Assembly: GCA_963662275.1 (NCBI GenBank)
Contig: OY759316.1
Location: forward strand, 1,216,001 to 1,280,000
Direction: 5' to 3'
DNA from: Candidatus Cloacimonadales bacterium
GTDB taxonomy: Bacteria > Cloacimonadota > Cloacimonadia > Cloacimonadales > DAONDQ01
Length of the DNA stretch: 64,000 nucleotides
The notes beneath the pieces were generated by a model. It ran no database searches, was not told the origin of the DNA, and was given only the letters and a program-made list of their open reading frames with translations. Each line of letters starts with the position of its first letter. Position 1 is the stretch's first letter. Of this stretch, positions 9,391 to 18,800 are shown one piece after another. A program made the position numbers and the translations under genes.

Positions 9391-10338
9391 ATGATTAAGA
9401 AAGCAGTATTGGCATTAGGTGGCAATGCAATCATCATGGCTGGTCAGAAAGGTACAGTTTCTGAGCAGTTTGAAAATACACGTAATAGTCTTGGCGGAGT
9501 AGTGGAACTCATTCGCCAGGGTTATCATTTAGCAATCACACATGGAAACGGACCACAGGTCGGTAATCTTCTTCGTCAGCAGGAAGCTGGCGAGAAAGAA
9601 GGGATTGCTCCCCTGCCATTGGGTATCCTCAATGCAGCAACCGAAGGTACAATGGGCTACATGATCGAACAGAGCCTGCAGAACCGTCTGCATCTTCAAG
9701 GCATTGATAAACAGGTCATCACAGTCACAGCACAAGTTGTTGTGGATAAGAATGACCCCAGCATGCTGAACCCCACCAAGTATGTCGGCAGTACCTATTA
9801 TACTAAAGAACAGGCTGATCAGCTTCATGCCGATTTAGGCTGGACATTGAAGGAAGATTCCGGTAAGGGTTATCGCCGTGTTGTTCCTTCACCAAAGCCG
9901 ATTGATATTCTTCCTGCCAAAGCCGTGAAAGCTATGGTGGAAGAGGGAGATATCGTCATCACAGTCGGTGGTGGTGGAATTCCAATTTATATTGAAGAAA
10001 ATGGAACTTATGAAGGCGTTGATGCCGTGATCGATAAAGATTTTGCTTCTGCTTTACTAGCCCGTATGATCGAAGCTGACCTTCTTGTCATCTTGACAGG
10101 TGTGGACAAGGTTTCTATCAATTATGGCAAACCTGATCAGAAAGAACTTGATCGTCTTTCCATCGCTGATGCCAAGAAATACGATGCTGAAGGTCAATTC
10201 CCGAAAGGAAGCATGGGTCCCAAGATCCAGGCTGCCATCAGTTTCATCGAACAGGGTGGAAAAGAAGTGCTCATTACTTCCATCGAAAAGATCGTCGATG
10301 CGTTTGAGGGTAAGACCGGAACGATAATACACGCATAA
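9391..10338 (+). CDS. arcC: Carbamate kinase
   Basis: ALGGNAI, THGNGPQVG, GYRRVVPSPKP, GGGGIP, AVIDKD, GSMGPK; GGAGG RBS before ATG 9391. Confidence 0.95.
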   Translation: MIKKAVLALGGNAIIMAGQKGTVSEQFENTRNSLGGVVELIRQGYHLAITHGNGPQVGNLLRQQEAGEKEGIAPLPLGILNAATEGTMGYMIEQSLQNRLHLQGIDKQVITVTAQVVVDKNDPSMLNPTKYVGSTYYTKEQADQLHADLGWTLKEDSGKGYRRVVPSPKPIDILPAKAVKAMVEEGDIVITVGGGGIPIYIEENGTYEGVDAVIDKDFASALLARMIEADLLVILTGVDKVSINYGKPDQKELDRLSIADAKKYDAEGQFPKGSMGPKIQAAISFIEQGGKEVLITSIEKIVDAFEGKTGTIIHA

Positions 10339-10440
10339 TAGGTGTAAGGTGCTAGGGGCTAGGTGTTAGGTGTTAGGTGTTAGGTACTAGGTGCTAGGTG
10401 TTAGGTACTAGGTGCTAGGTATTAGGTGCCAGGTTTCAGG
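10339..10440. repeat. Heptamer tandem array (TAGGTGT/TAGGTGC/TAGGTAC)n
   Basis: About 13 units starting immediately after the arcC stop. Confidence 0.9.
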
Positions 10441-10599
10441 GAAGGGTCTGCTTCAGCAGACCCATTCCTCCCTTTGGATAAAGGGAGGTGACCTTTAGGT
10501 CGGAGAGTTTGATTCTATTTTCTTCCAATTCATAATTCATAATTCGTAATTTGCACTTGAATTGCTCTCAAATGACAATGGAAATGAAAACCAAATAGA

Positions 10600-10688
10600 T
10601 ACTAAATAGAAGCTAATCAAAAACTAAAATACTTTAGGAGCTGATTAGGATCTGACTAGTAGCTGGATACTATCTCATTTAGATGCCA
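10600..10688. repeat. 11-bp-phased dispersed element; homolog on opposite strand at ~41237-41330
   Basis: agaagctaatcaaaaactaaaatactttaggagctgattaggatctgactagtagctggatactatctc matches the reverse complement of the 41237-41330 region. Confidence 0.75.
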
Positions 10689-11386
10689 AGAGTGAGCCAT
10701 AAGGATTCCTCTTTTAATACAAACAAAGATGAAAATGGATATAAATAAAGCATCTACAAAAGACAACCTAAAGAAGTCTAGGTTATTCCTAGGTGGTTCT
10801 TAGGTGGTCTTTAGGTGATTCATACCTGGTTTTATATGCGACTTATTTGTCGATATTTAGCATCCTCTTTTCTGTCACTTATAGTTTTTAGTTACTAGCT
10901 TTTAGTTTATGCAGTCTTTATGCAATTCGTAATTGATGAACCAATCCTACAAGGATGAAAGATGATAACCAATGGTGTGAGCCACTGGAAAGAATCCTCC
11001 CAACCTTTCAGAATCTCGGAGAGATGACAGATAATAACCCATAGCGTGAGCTATGGGAAAATAATCCCGCCAAACCTATAGAACCCTGACAAGGGGTGGT
11101 ACTCTGAGATTGTAATATAGCTTTGGAAGCTGTTATGTCATTGGGATTGCATCCCAATGACTCTGATCAGACTCCGAGGTTACAAACCTAACAACAAAAC
11201 AACTAACATATTTTTGTTACGATTTCCCATTGCAATCCTGACGTTCACACGTTAGCTATCGGATTTCATCTCTACGAGATTAATGATGTAAGAATTTAAA
11301 CGGTCTAAAGGCGGAGCTACGAATTCAGTAGGATCGGCATCCTACTCCACCAGCAGATAGCAAGAACGGCGTCTTGCTTTACTTTT

Positions 11387-13247
11387 GAGACTGTTCAAAA
11401 TTAACCTCCATTTTACGCAGCCTTATTGGTAGTGACAGAGAAAAAGTGGTCTAAGTGCGACCAATCCACATTTTCTTGACATATGCGGGAGATACTTAAA
11501 CTTGCTAAAAGTGATTCCTGACGCATGATTGGTTGACCTTTATCGACCAGTTCTTTGAACCAAAGCGAAAACACAAGGTTGCGGGTGGTTTCTTCAGATT
11601 TTAGTCCAAATCTACCGGATGTCACCTTCTTGATTTTGCGGTTCCAGCGTTCAGAGACATTGGAAGTCAAACCTTTGCTGAGGTGTCTCCAATCACTAAT
11701 GATATTGCTTTTGATGTATTCGGCGGCGGTTGGGGGAGTAATAGCTGTCAGGCTTGCGATACCCTTTTTCCTTCCGCCCGCCGTTTCTCTTCGGAAAGCT
11801 TTCATAATCCTCTTCTTAAAGAACTTGTCCCTGTCTTCAGGGAGATGACATTGACTGATTCTTTTGAAGAGATTTCGTATCTTATGGAACTTACAGAGTT
11901 GGTAATGGACTTTTGGAAACACTGTTTTTCTTGCAACTGCTAACGATTTACTGCCATCACTGACAATCAGGGTTGGATCTTTCCTGTAGAGCTGTCTGAA
12001 GGTTCTGAAACATGCTTCGAATGATTCTTTCTTTGTGTCAGGATACAACTCACAAAACAGAGGGATGTGAGTCACAAAATCAACAATACTGATGACATAG
12101 TACGGAATACCTTTGATCTTCACATATTTCTCATCAATGCTGATCTTTCCGCTCCACTTACCGATTGAGTTCAGAATCAGGCTCTGCAGGTCAGCGATTT
12201 CATGCCAGAGATTTGAGACTGTAGCTTTACAGGTGTTGAGCAGCAAAGCTATCGTCTCGAAGTTCATACCGCTTCCAACCAGGTAATGTACCAGCAGACA
12301 CAGGTTCTTGCGTTCCAGACTATGGAACGGCTTTGCATCGGCGGTTCTATGGGATGTATTGCCTTTAGCAGTCTTCATTTGTTCCAGGAGTCTGTCACAG
12401 ATAACAGGTGTATTCTGCTGACCGGCAAGCAGTTTCAGCAGATGTACAGCATCACCGCCTACTGTCTTTTTCAGAAGAAGCTTCTGAGCTTGCTTAACTA
12501 CAGACAGAGAATTGACCTGAGAAGCATATTTGCAGAAAGTGGTATAGGACATTTTAAAATCATGATGGCTGATGAACTCCTGATACATGACATTTAAAGG
12601 TAAAAGCAGGTTATTGATAACAAAATTCTCGATCTGAGGAATACACTCCAGCAGGTCAACTTTCCGGCTTAAATATGCCAGGATATCATGACCATGCTGC
12701 TCAAACTCTTGCCAGAAATTATGTACATTCCTGCGGTCTGCGTAGTTAAACAGATCAGCTATTTGCTGAAGTGTAAGGAGGTTGTCTCCGCCTATTCCTA
12801 CTAATAAGCGTAGAAACGCTATTAAGAACTTGTGGTTTGATGTTGTCTCAGGCAAAGTGAATGAAAATGGTACGTTAATACTTACATGGTATTGGTTACT
12901 TTCATGACTAACACTTACCGCTTCTTGAATTGGAGTGTTTTTTTGTCATAATATCCTCCCTTTTGTTACCAGGTAACAAATGCCATTGAAGCTATAGCAA
13001 AAAACTTGTAAAGAACTATTTTATATGATTTTAACTACACATTTAGTCAGAAACGGCTTCGAAACATTACTTATAATCGCGTGTTTTTCAATTTTAGTCA
13101 AAAAGCTTAACTTGTGATTTGGTGTCCTTAGCAGAGCTTATCTGTCAATTCTGGAAGGTATGTTAAATTATGACCGTTTCGACCACTTTTTTCAACTTGC
13201 TACTTTCTAACTTATTGAATATTATGAATAACTTCATGAACAGTCTC
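11387..13247 (-). mobile_element. Complete insertion sequence (1861 bp), Mutator-like DDE (IS256/ISH6/ISLre2 superfamily)
   Basis: Perfect 11-bp terminal IR GAGACTGTTCA (11387-11397) / TGAACAGTCTC (13237-13247); 8-bp direct repeat TTACTTTT on both sides (11379-11386, 13248-13255). Confidence 0.9.
11413..12855 (-). CDS. DDE transposase; true start probably ATG 12949, separated by a frameshift
   Basis: SIDEKYVK (D1), IVSDG (D2), QLCKFH (CxxH, Mutator-like), TSNVSERWN (E). Confidence 0.85.
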   Translation of the reverse strand: MPETTSNHKFLIAFLRLLVGIGGDNLLTLQQIADLFNYADRRNVHNFWQEFEQHGHDILAYLSRKVDLLECIPQIENFVINNLLLPLNVMYQEFISHHDFKMSYTTFCKYASQVNSLSVVKQAQKLLLKKTVGGDAVHLLKLLAGQQNTPVICDRLLEQMKTAKGNTSHRTADAKPFHSLERKNLCLLVHYLVGSGMNFETIALLLNTCKATVSNLWHEIADLQSLILNSIGKWSGKISIDEKYVKIKGIPYYVISIVDFVTHIPLFCELYPDTKKESFEACFRTFRQLYRKDPTLIVSDGSKSLAVARKTVFPKVHYQLCKFHKIRNLFKRISQCHLPEDRDKFFKKRIMKAFRRETAGGRKKGIASLTAITPPTAAEYIKSNIISDWRHLSKGLTSNVSERWNRKIKKVTSGRFGLKSEETTRNLVFSLWFKELVDKGQPIMRQESLLASLSISRICQENVDWSHLDHFFSVTTNKAA

Positions 13248-13874
13248 TTACTTTTTCACCGGTTGCCGGATAATGGTTTTCAGTTTATCCGGAGCAGAAC
13301 GACGAGGGTCATTCAAATAGATCTCATGATGCTTGCCTTCCAAAGAATAACCTTTATTAGCAATGGCAGCATGAAGTCTTTCAATAGTAGGTGCTTCAGA
13401 AGCATAGGAACCTTTATGCAGAACTTGAGCGCAGAAGCCTTCTTCCCATTTTTCCATTCTCAGTAATGAAAGAGCTGGAAGAGGTTTCTTCTTAGCAGCA
13501 TCATGCTTCGCCATTTGCAGCATGGAAACGGTAACAAAAGACGGTTGCATGATCATAGCAGTCCATTTCCACTTATCGATTGTTTCCATGGAGAATTCTG
13601 TCATATCATCCATCCACCAAAGGCATTCCAATGGCATCACAACATAATCCTGACGTTCCCGATAGGCAAACTTCAAGGTATAGGATACACTATATAAGCA
13701 TTCAACTGCATTTTGATAAGTTTCGTCTGAATTGGGATTCCCTTCACCATCAATCATCAGGAATGGGAGTTTAGGCACTTTCACAAATTGCACTTCTTTT
13801 GTCGTGGCATCAAATATCTGGAATAGTTCATTTTTAAGATCAAGCTTCAGCGTTTTCTGTCGCTGTATTTTCAT
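13248..13874 (-). CDS. GyrI-like small-molecule-binding domain protein
   Basis: FLMIDGEGNPN, YVVMPLECLWW, WKWTAMIMQP, HHEIYLNDPRR, LKTIIRQP; GGAGG RBS. Confidence 0.85.
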   Translation of the reverse strand: MKIQRQKTLKLDLKNELFQIFDATTKEVQFVKVPKLPFLMIDGEGNPNSDETYQNAVECLYSVSYTLKFAYRERQDYVVMPLECLWWMDDMTEFSMETIDKWKWTAMIMQPSFVTVSMLQMAKHDAAKKKPLPALSLLRMEKWEEGFCAQVLHKGSYASEAPTIERLHAAIANKGYSLEGKHHEIYLNDPRRSAPDKLKTIIRQPVKK

Positions 13875-13987
13875 GGAAATACCTCCCCAGGGAAATAATT
13901 TAATATTACTGATTTACAGGATATCTTGTCAATGTATGATACCGAAATTAAGAAGAGATGCCTAACTTGGGCGTCTCTAAGGTTCAT

Positions 13988-15838
13988 TTAATTCATGGCA
14001 GTCACTTTATAGAATCCAGATGCGAATGCTGTAGGAATACTGTAAGTGGTTCTTGTTGAAGTTGTAATTAGTTCAAAAGTGCCATTTGGATCATCAGCTC
14101 GATAAATACTATAGCTGGTTGCACCGATAACGGCTTTCCAAGTTAACTGAATACCATTTGCATCCAAAGATAATTGGACATTGGGTGCTGTTAATCTCGT
14201 TGTAGCAGAAACCATATTTGATTCACCTGAGATGTTCCCATTGTAGTCTCTAGCTCTGATCTTAAAATAATACTCTGTATTGCCGTTCAAACTGGAAATG
14301 GATATTTGATTATTTGCCTGGCTTGCTAAAAGAGCATTATTATTTCGTGTAAAAAGAAGAAAATTCGTACCTGTGATTGGTTCTGTGGAATACATGATTT
14401 CATAAGTTTTGAAATCATAAGCATAGCTCCTGTTCCATAACAAATTAACAGAATTATAATTATAGCCTAGAACCTGCAGGTTTGCTGGTGTTGAAGGAAG
14501 CTGGTTATCATTCATGGCAAAAAGACTGGGTAAAGTGGATGTAAGATTGTGCACTAATTGTTCATAGTACGCCCATGCATGGTCATACACATTGTTTAGA
14601 TTGTAATTACCGGTTTGTGTATCATAACCATAAAACCAGTTCAGATTGCTTGTTGTCTGGTCAAAACAATTTGGCAGTTCATCCATTTCAATATGAAGGA
14701 AGGGGTCGAAAATATCATAATCATTCCAGCCGTTTAAAGAATAAATGGCTTGTCTATTCATGGAGTAACCAGGTAAATCGATATTCGTATTACATGTAAA
14801 AGTAGTATCCGCATTCGAATAAGATACCGGATAAGCATGATTGAAAAAAGCATAATAATCATTAAACATAACTTGCCTATGAGTTCCGATCGTGTTTGCA
14901 GTTAGCATGACCGGATTTCCATGATGGATCATATCTTCATGGAGATTGGAAAGATCTCGGACAGGCAAATTCAGGCAGACATTATTTGAACCTGCTGAAA
15001 TCTGGTTGCTAGCATATCCCACGTGGCGATTCCAATCATAGCTGTGAACCTGGATAGATAGTTCACGTTTACCAAATTGCAGCCTGATCTTATTGCAAAA
15101 AATCTTATATGCATAATTGAAGGCAGTTGCATCAATCCTGGAAGGATCAGATAGTGAAGTAGAATTAGTATAAGTTCCACTCCAGGCAATTTCCCTGCCT
15201 GCCCCAGCGATTTGGAAGAACATCGCATTCCATTCAACAAAAGCTTTCGCGGCGATATAAGGAGCAATAAAATCATCATTCGGATGGACAACATTAATGA
15301 TCATAGGTGATGTTGCTAATGGATAATAGACAAACAATCCCCATCCATATGCAAAACTGCCATATTCATCATCTCCGGTATCCATTGTTCCCTGGTCATC
15401 AAAATATGCTGTAACGAGATTCTCTCTCAGGAGATAGTAAATTCGTCCAGTATCTGTATCATTGAATTTGACAACCTGGTAGGGGATATTATTTGCTGTA
15501 AGAGTATCTTGCGCTGCACCATATCTAGCCGCGAGCAGTTCATTAATTGCCCTGTTCCAATGCAGCAGTTCGTTCGCAGCAGCGATATGAAATGCCCCAA
15601 AACCATTTGTCTGACGATCCCAAGGCGCATATAGATTGTAATTTGGGATGGCGATACCTTCTGAAACATGAGATACCCACTTATCATATGCACAAGCAGG
15701 TTCAGAAAAGAAAAGGAAATTACTAAACGATCCTGTTTCTTCAGTGATTACTGCGAAACAGGGGAACACAAAGCAAAGGATAAAACCAATAATCACCAAT
15801 CTATATATGATTAGTTCTTTAATATCATTTGGTGTCAT
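13988..15838 (-). CDS. Secreted protein: unknown ~400-aa N-terminal domain + fibronectin type III + short C-terminal beta module
   Basis: Signal-like hydrophobic segment, FN3 motif PSTPANL...W...Y.I.Y...L...TEYYFKIRARD..GN.S. Confidence 0.7.
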   Translation of the reverse strand: MTPNDIKELIIYRLVIIGFILCFVFPCFAVITEETGSFSNFLFFSEPACAYDKWVSHVSEGIAIPNYNLYAPWDRQTNGFGAFHIAAANELLHWNRAINELLAARYGAAQDTLTANNIPYQVVKFNDTDTGRIYYLLRENLVTAYFDDQGTMDTGDDEYGSFAYGWGLFVYYPLATSPMIINVVHPNDDFIAPYIAAKAFVEWNAMFFQIAGAGREIAWSGTYTNSTSLSDPSRIDATAFNYAYKIFCNKIRLQFGKRELSIQVHSYDWNRHVGYASNQISAGSNNVCLNLPVRDLSNLHEDMIHHGNPVMLTANTIGTHRQVMFNDYYAFFNHAYPVSYSNADTTFTCNTNIDLPGYSMNRQAIYSLNGWNDYDIFDPFLHIEMDELPNCFDQTTSNLNWFYGYDTQTGNYNLNNVYDHAWAYYEQLVHNLTSTLPSLFAMNDNQLPSTPANLQVLGYNYNSVNLLWNRSYAYDFKTYEIMYSTEPITGTNFLLFTRNNNALLASQANNQISISSLNGNTEYYFKIRARDYNGNISGESNMVSATTRLTAPNVQLSLDANGIQLTWKAVIGATSYSIYRADDPNGTFELITTSTRTTYSIPTAFASGFYKVTAMN

Positions 15839-15856
15839 GATTCACGGTTCATTCAA

Positions 15857-18800
15857 TCATCGTTTATCTCGGATCAATTGAGACTTTGTTGATGGGCTAA
15901 TAGCAGTAATCTTATAGAATCCCGAATGAATTTCTGTTGGAATTGGATATGATGTACCTGAAACTGTTGAGATTAACTCGAAAGTACCTTCCAGTGAATC
16001 AGCGTAATAAATATTATATCCATCAGCACCGATTACCGTAGGCCAGGATAACTGGTTTCCATCTATTGTTATCTGTGCTTCCACTTGTGGTGCTGCAAAA
16101 CCAATTCCTGATATATGAATGATATTTGAGCTGTGATTTATATCATTACTCGAGATTGTCAGATTCGAATCAACTAATCCACTCGTATCCGGAGTAAACT
16201 CCAGATCAAATATGCTGCTATCTCCTGCAGCTAAATTGTAGGATAGTGCATTTCGACTCTCAAGCATTTTCTTACTTCCCGTTGCAATACTAACCGAGAA
16301 GCCTGGTAATGCAGTGATTGAACCTGTCATAGCTACTGTTCCAGTATTAGAAATAGTGAACTGGAGTGTTTTTGAACTTCCTATATTCACACAGCCGTAA
16401 TCCAAGGCTGTCCTATCAATATTAAATACCGGTAATTGAATAACTTCTTCCACTGTAATATCATCAATGAAGATGTTATTGCCATATTTACTACCAGCCT
16501 GGAAGAGCACATATCGTTTATTACTACCCTGGTTGATTGGAAAATCAAAACTATATTCATACCAGCCAACTGCTGTTATGGTAGGACTCATACCTCTTGC
16601 TCGATGTATAGTTCCGAGAAGCGTAGCGCTTGTTAAATTCTGCGTAGAATTGAAGTACACATTGATACTATCTGCATTGGATGCATACAAGCTATCCCTG
16701 TACATCCAGAATTTAACTCGGAAGTTCTTACTTAAGACCATTCTCAAAGGTGGTAAAGCAAGAAAGGCTGAGTTACCGGTAGCAATACTATAACTGTTAT
16801 ATCTAAGCATCGCTGCTCCGCTATGAGGTGAGCATATGGGATATGTACCAGTAGTTTGTTTATCAAAACTCTGGGTAGAAGGAGCAATCGGTGCATTCAC
16901 AGCACCAAAAGGTGGAAACAAAGCTCCCTCGAATCCTTCAGTATAGGGGTAAGTTACAACTGTCGGATCACTGCTTGTACCTGTGAGAGTAACATCATGA
17001 GTCTGTTTTGTTAGAGTATCAGTCACTCTTATACTTGCGGTTTTAGTACCTAGGTCTGTTGCTGTCATGACTACTGAGATAGTCATACTCTGCCCGGTAT
17101 TCAGTAATTTCGGATAAGTATTGGTGTCTGTAATAATGAAGCTGTTCGGATATAAGCCTGTTTTAGTGATCGAGCTTATTGTAAGGGTTCTTCCACCGGT
17201 ATTTGTAATAGTAACAGTTCTTGAATCGGAAACAGTGGTGTAAACTATCGTACCATAATCAATTGAACTTGGACTGACGGAAAAGCTTGGTGTCGATTGA
17301 ATATTGCCCATCGTAATTTGAATATTAGGTCTCTGGCTGGAAAGAGTTCCATTGGTTATGGGAGCATCTGTATCTTTTTGCCAGTTTTGCACCATATTCG
17401 CTGCTGAAACAGAATATTGAAAACCGGAACCGGCAGAAACGCCGGAACCTGAACCACCATAATTGCATTCCATTAAAACCAATAGATTATTCCCTGAATA
17501 CGGGTAATCTGTGATATCTAAATTCAGCCAGGTATTAATTGCAGGTGCAGTAATAGAAGCGTCGTATACAAGAGTAGCACCCAGGATCATGTTGCTCCAG
17601 GAATCAGCAGTCAAGCTTGAAGCTGTTATCGTCTTGAGGTAAATCTTCGTAGGTATTGCAGCAGTTGTGGCAATCGTTGGATACCAGGTAAGATAATTCA
17701 CCGTACCATATATGGGAACCTCGGACTGTAGAAAGAGATTTGCGCTTCTTTCATAACCGTAATATGTTGAGATGGGTTTACGTGAGACTGTTGTTTCGGT
17801 GCCAATCGAAATGACAGCAGTGCTGATTGGCGTGACATTGATAGTATTACTTGCAACAGATTCGCCTGAAGGATTTGTATAGGCCGCTTTAACATAGTAG
17901 GTATATGAAGTCCCATTAATAACCGTATTATCCACGTATGTAAGACCTGTCTGTGTTGTAAGCAGGCTTCCATTACGATATACTTTGTAACTTATTGGAG
18001 TACCGGAACTGGGAACTAACCAATTTAATGTAATAAATCCGATACTGGCTACAGCAGTCAAGGTCTGCGGGGGATTGAATGTAACAGCAGGATAGGCAAT
18101 ATAGTCCACCCAAGCACAGTCTGAACCATATGTAACACTGCCATCCTTCATATATTCCCATTTCAGGATATGATCACCGGCTGTGATATTGAAAGCTGCC
18201 ATCGACCAATCAACAACTCCAGACCATTTGCTCTTGAGAACCCCATCAATGTAGAATTTAAGATAATCATAACCGGATTCAGATGATACTTTGTAAAAGA
18301 AGCTTACTTGTCCCGCTATGCAGGGAGTAGTAACTTGCATTACAGACGATTGACTATGTGTGATGACTCCTGATTTTGCACTCTTTGCACCATTAAAGTA
18401 ATTCGCTGTGTCGATCGACCAGTTAGCATTACCGGAAAGAGTCCAGGGAAGTGAAGTGAAACCGTTTTCAAAGTTTTCACTTAAAGGTGTTAATGGGTTT
18501 GATGTACTATATGTGAAAGTAATGGAATTACCCGCTGAGCTTCCAATGCTGTTCAAATTCAAACCATAAACAGAATCATCATACAAAAATGGTTTCGGAT
18601 TTGTATATTGATTAAAGATGATACGACCTGCTTCATCACTGAAGAAAGCAGTGCTGAGATCACCGTTTACGAGAGTGGTACCATTCGGACGATAAGCATA
18701 AACTTCATCTGGTGGACCGGAGGCATTACCGCTGGCTGTAGTATTAATTCGATAAATCATCAAACCGCTACCGGGAACGCTGGATTCAAATGTACCTGTT

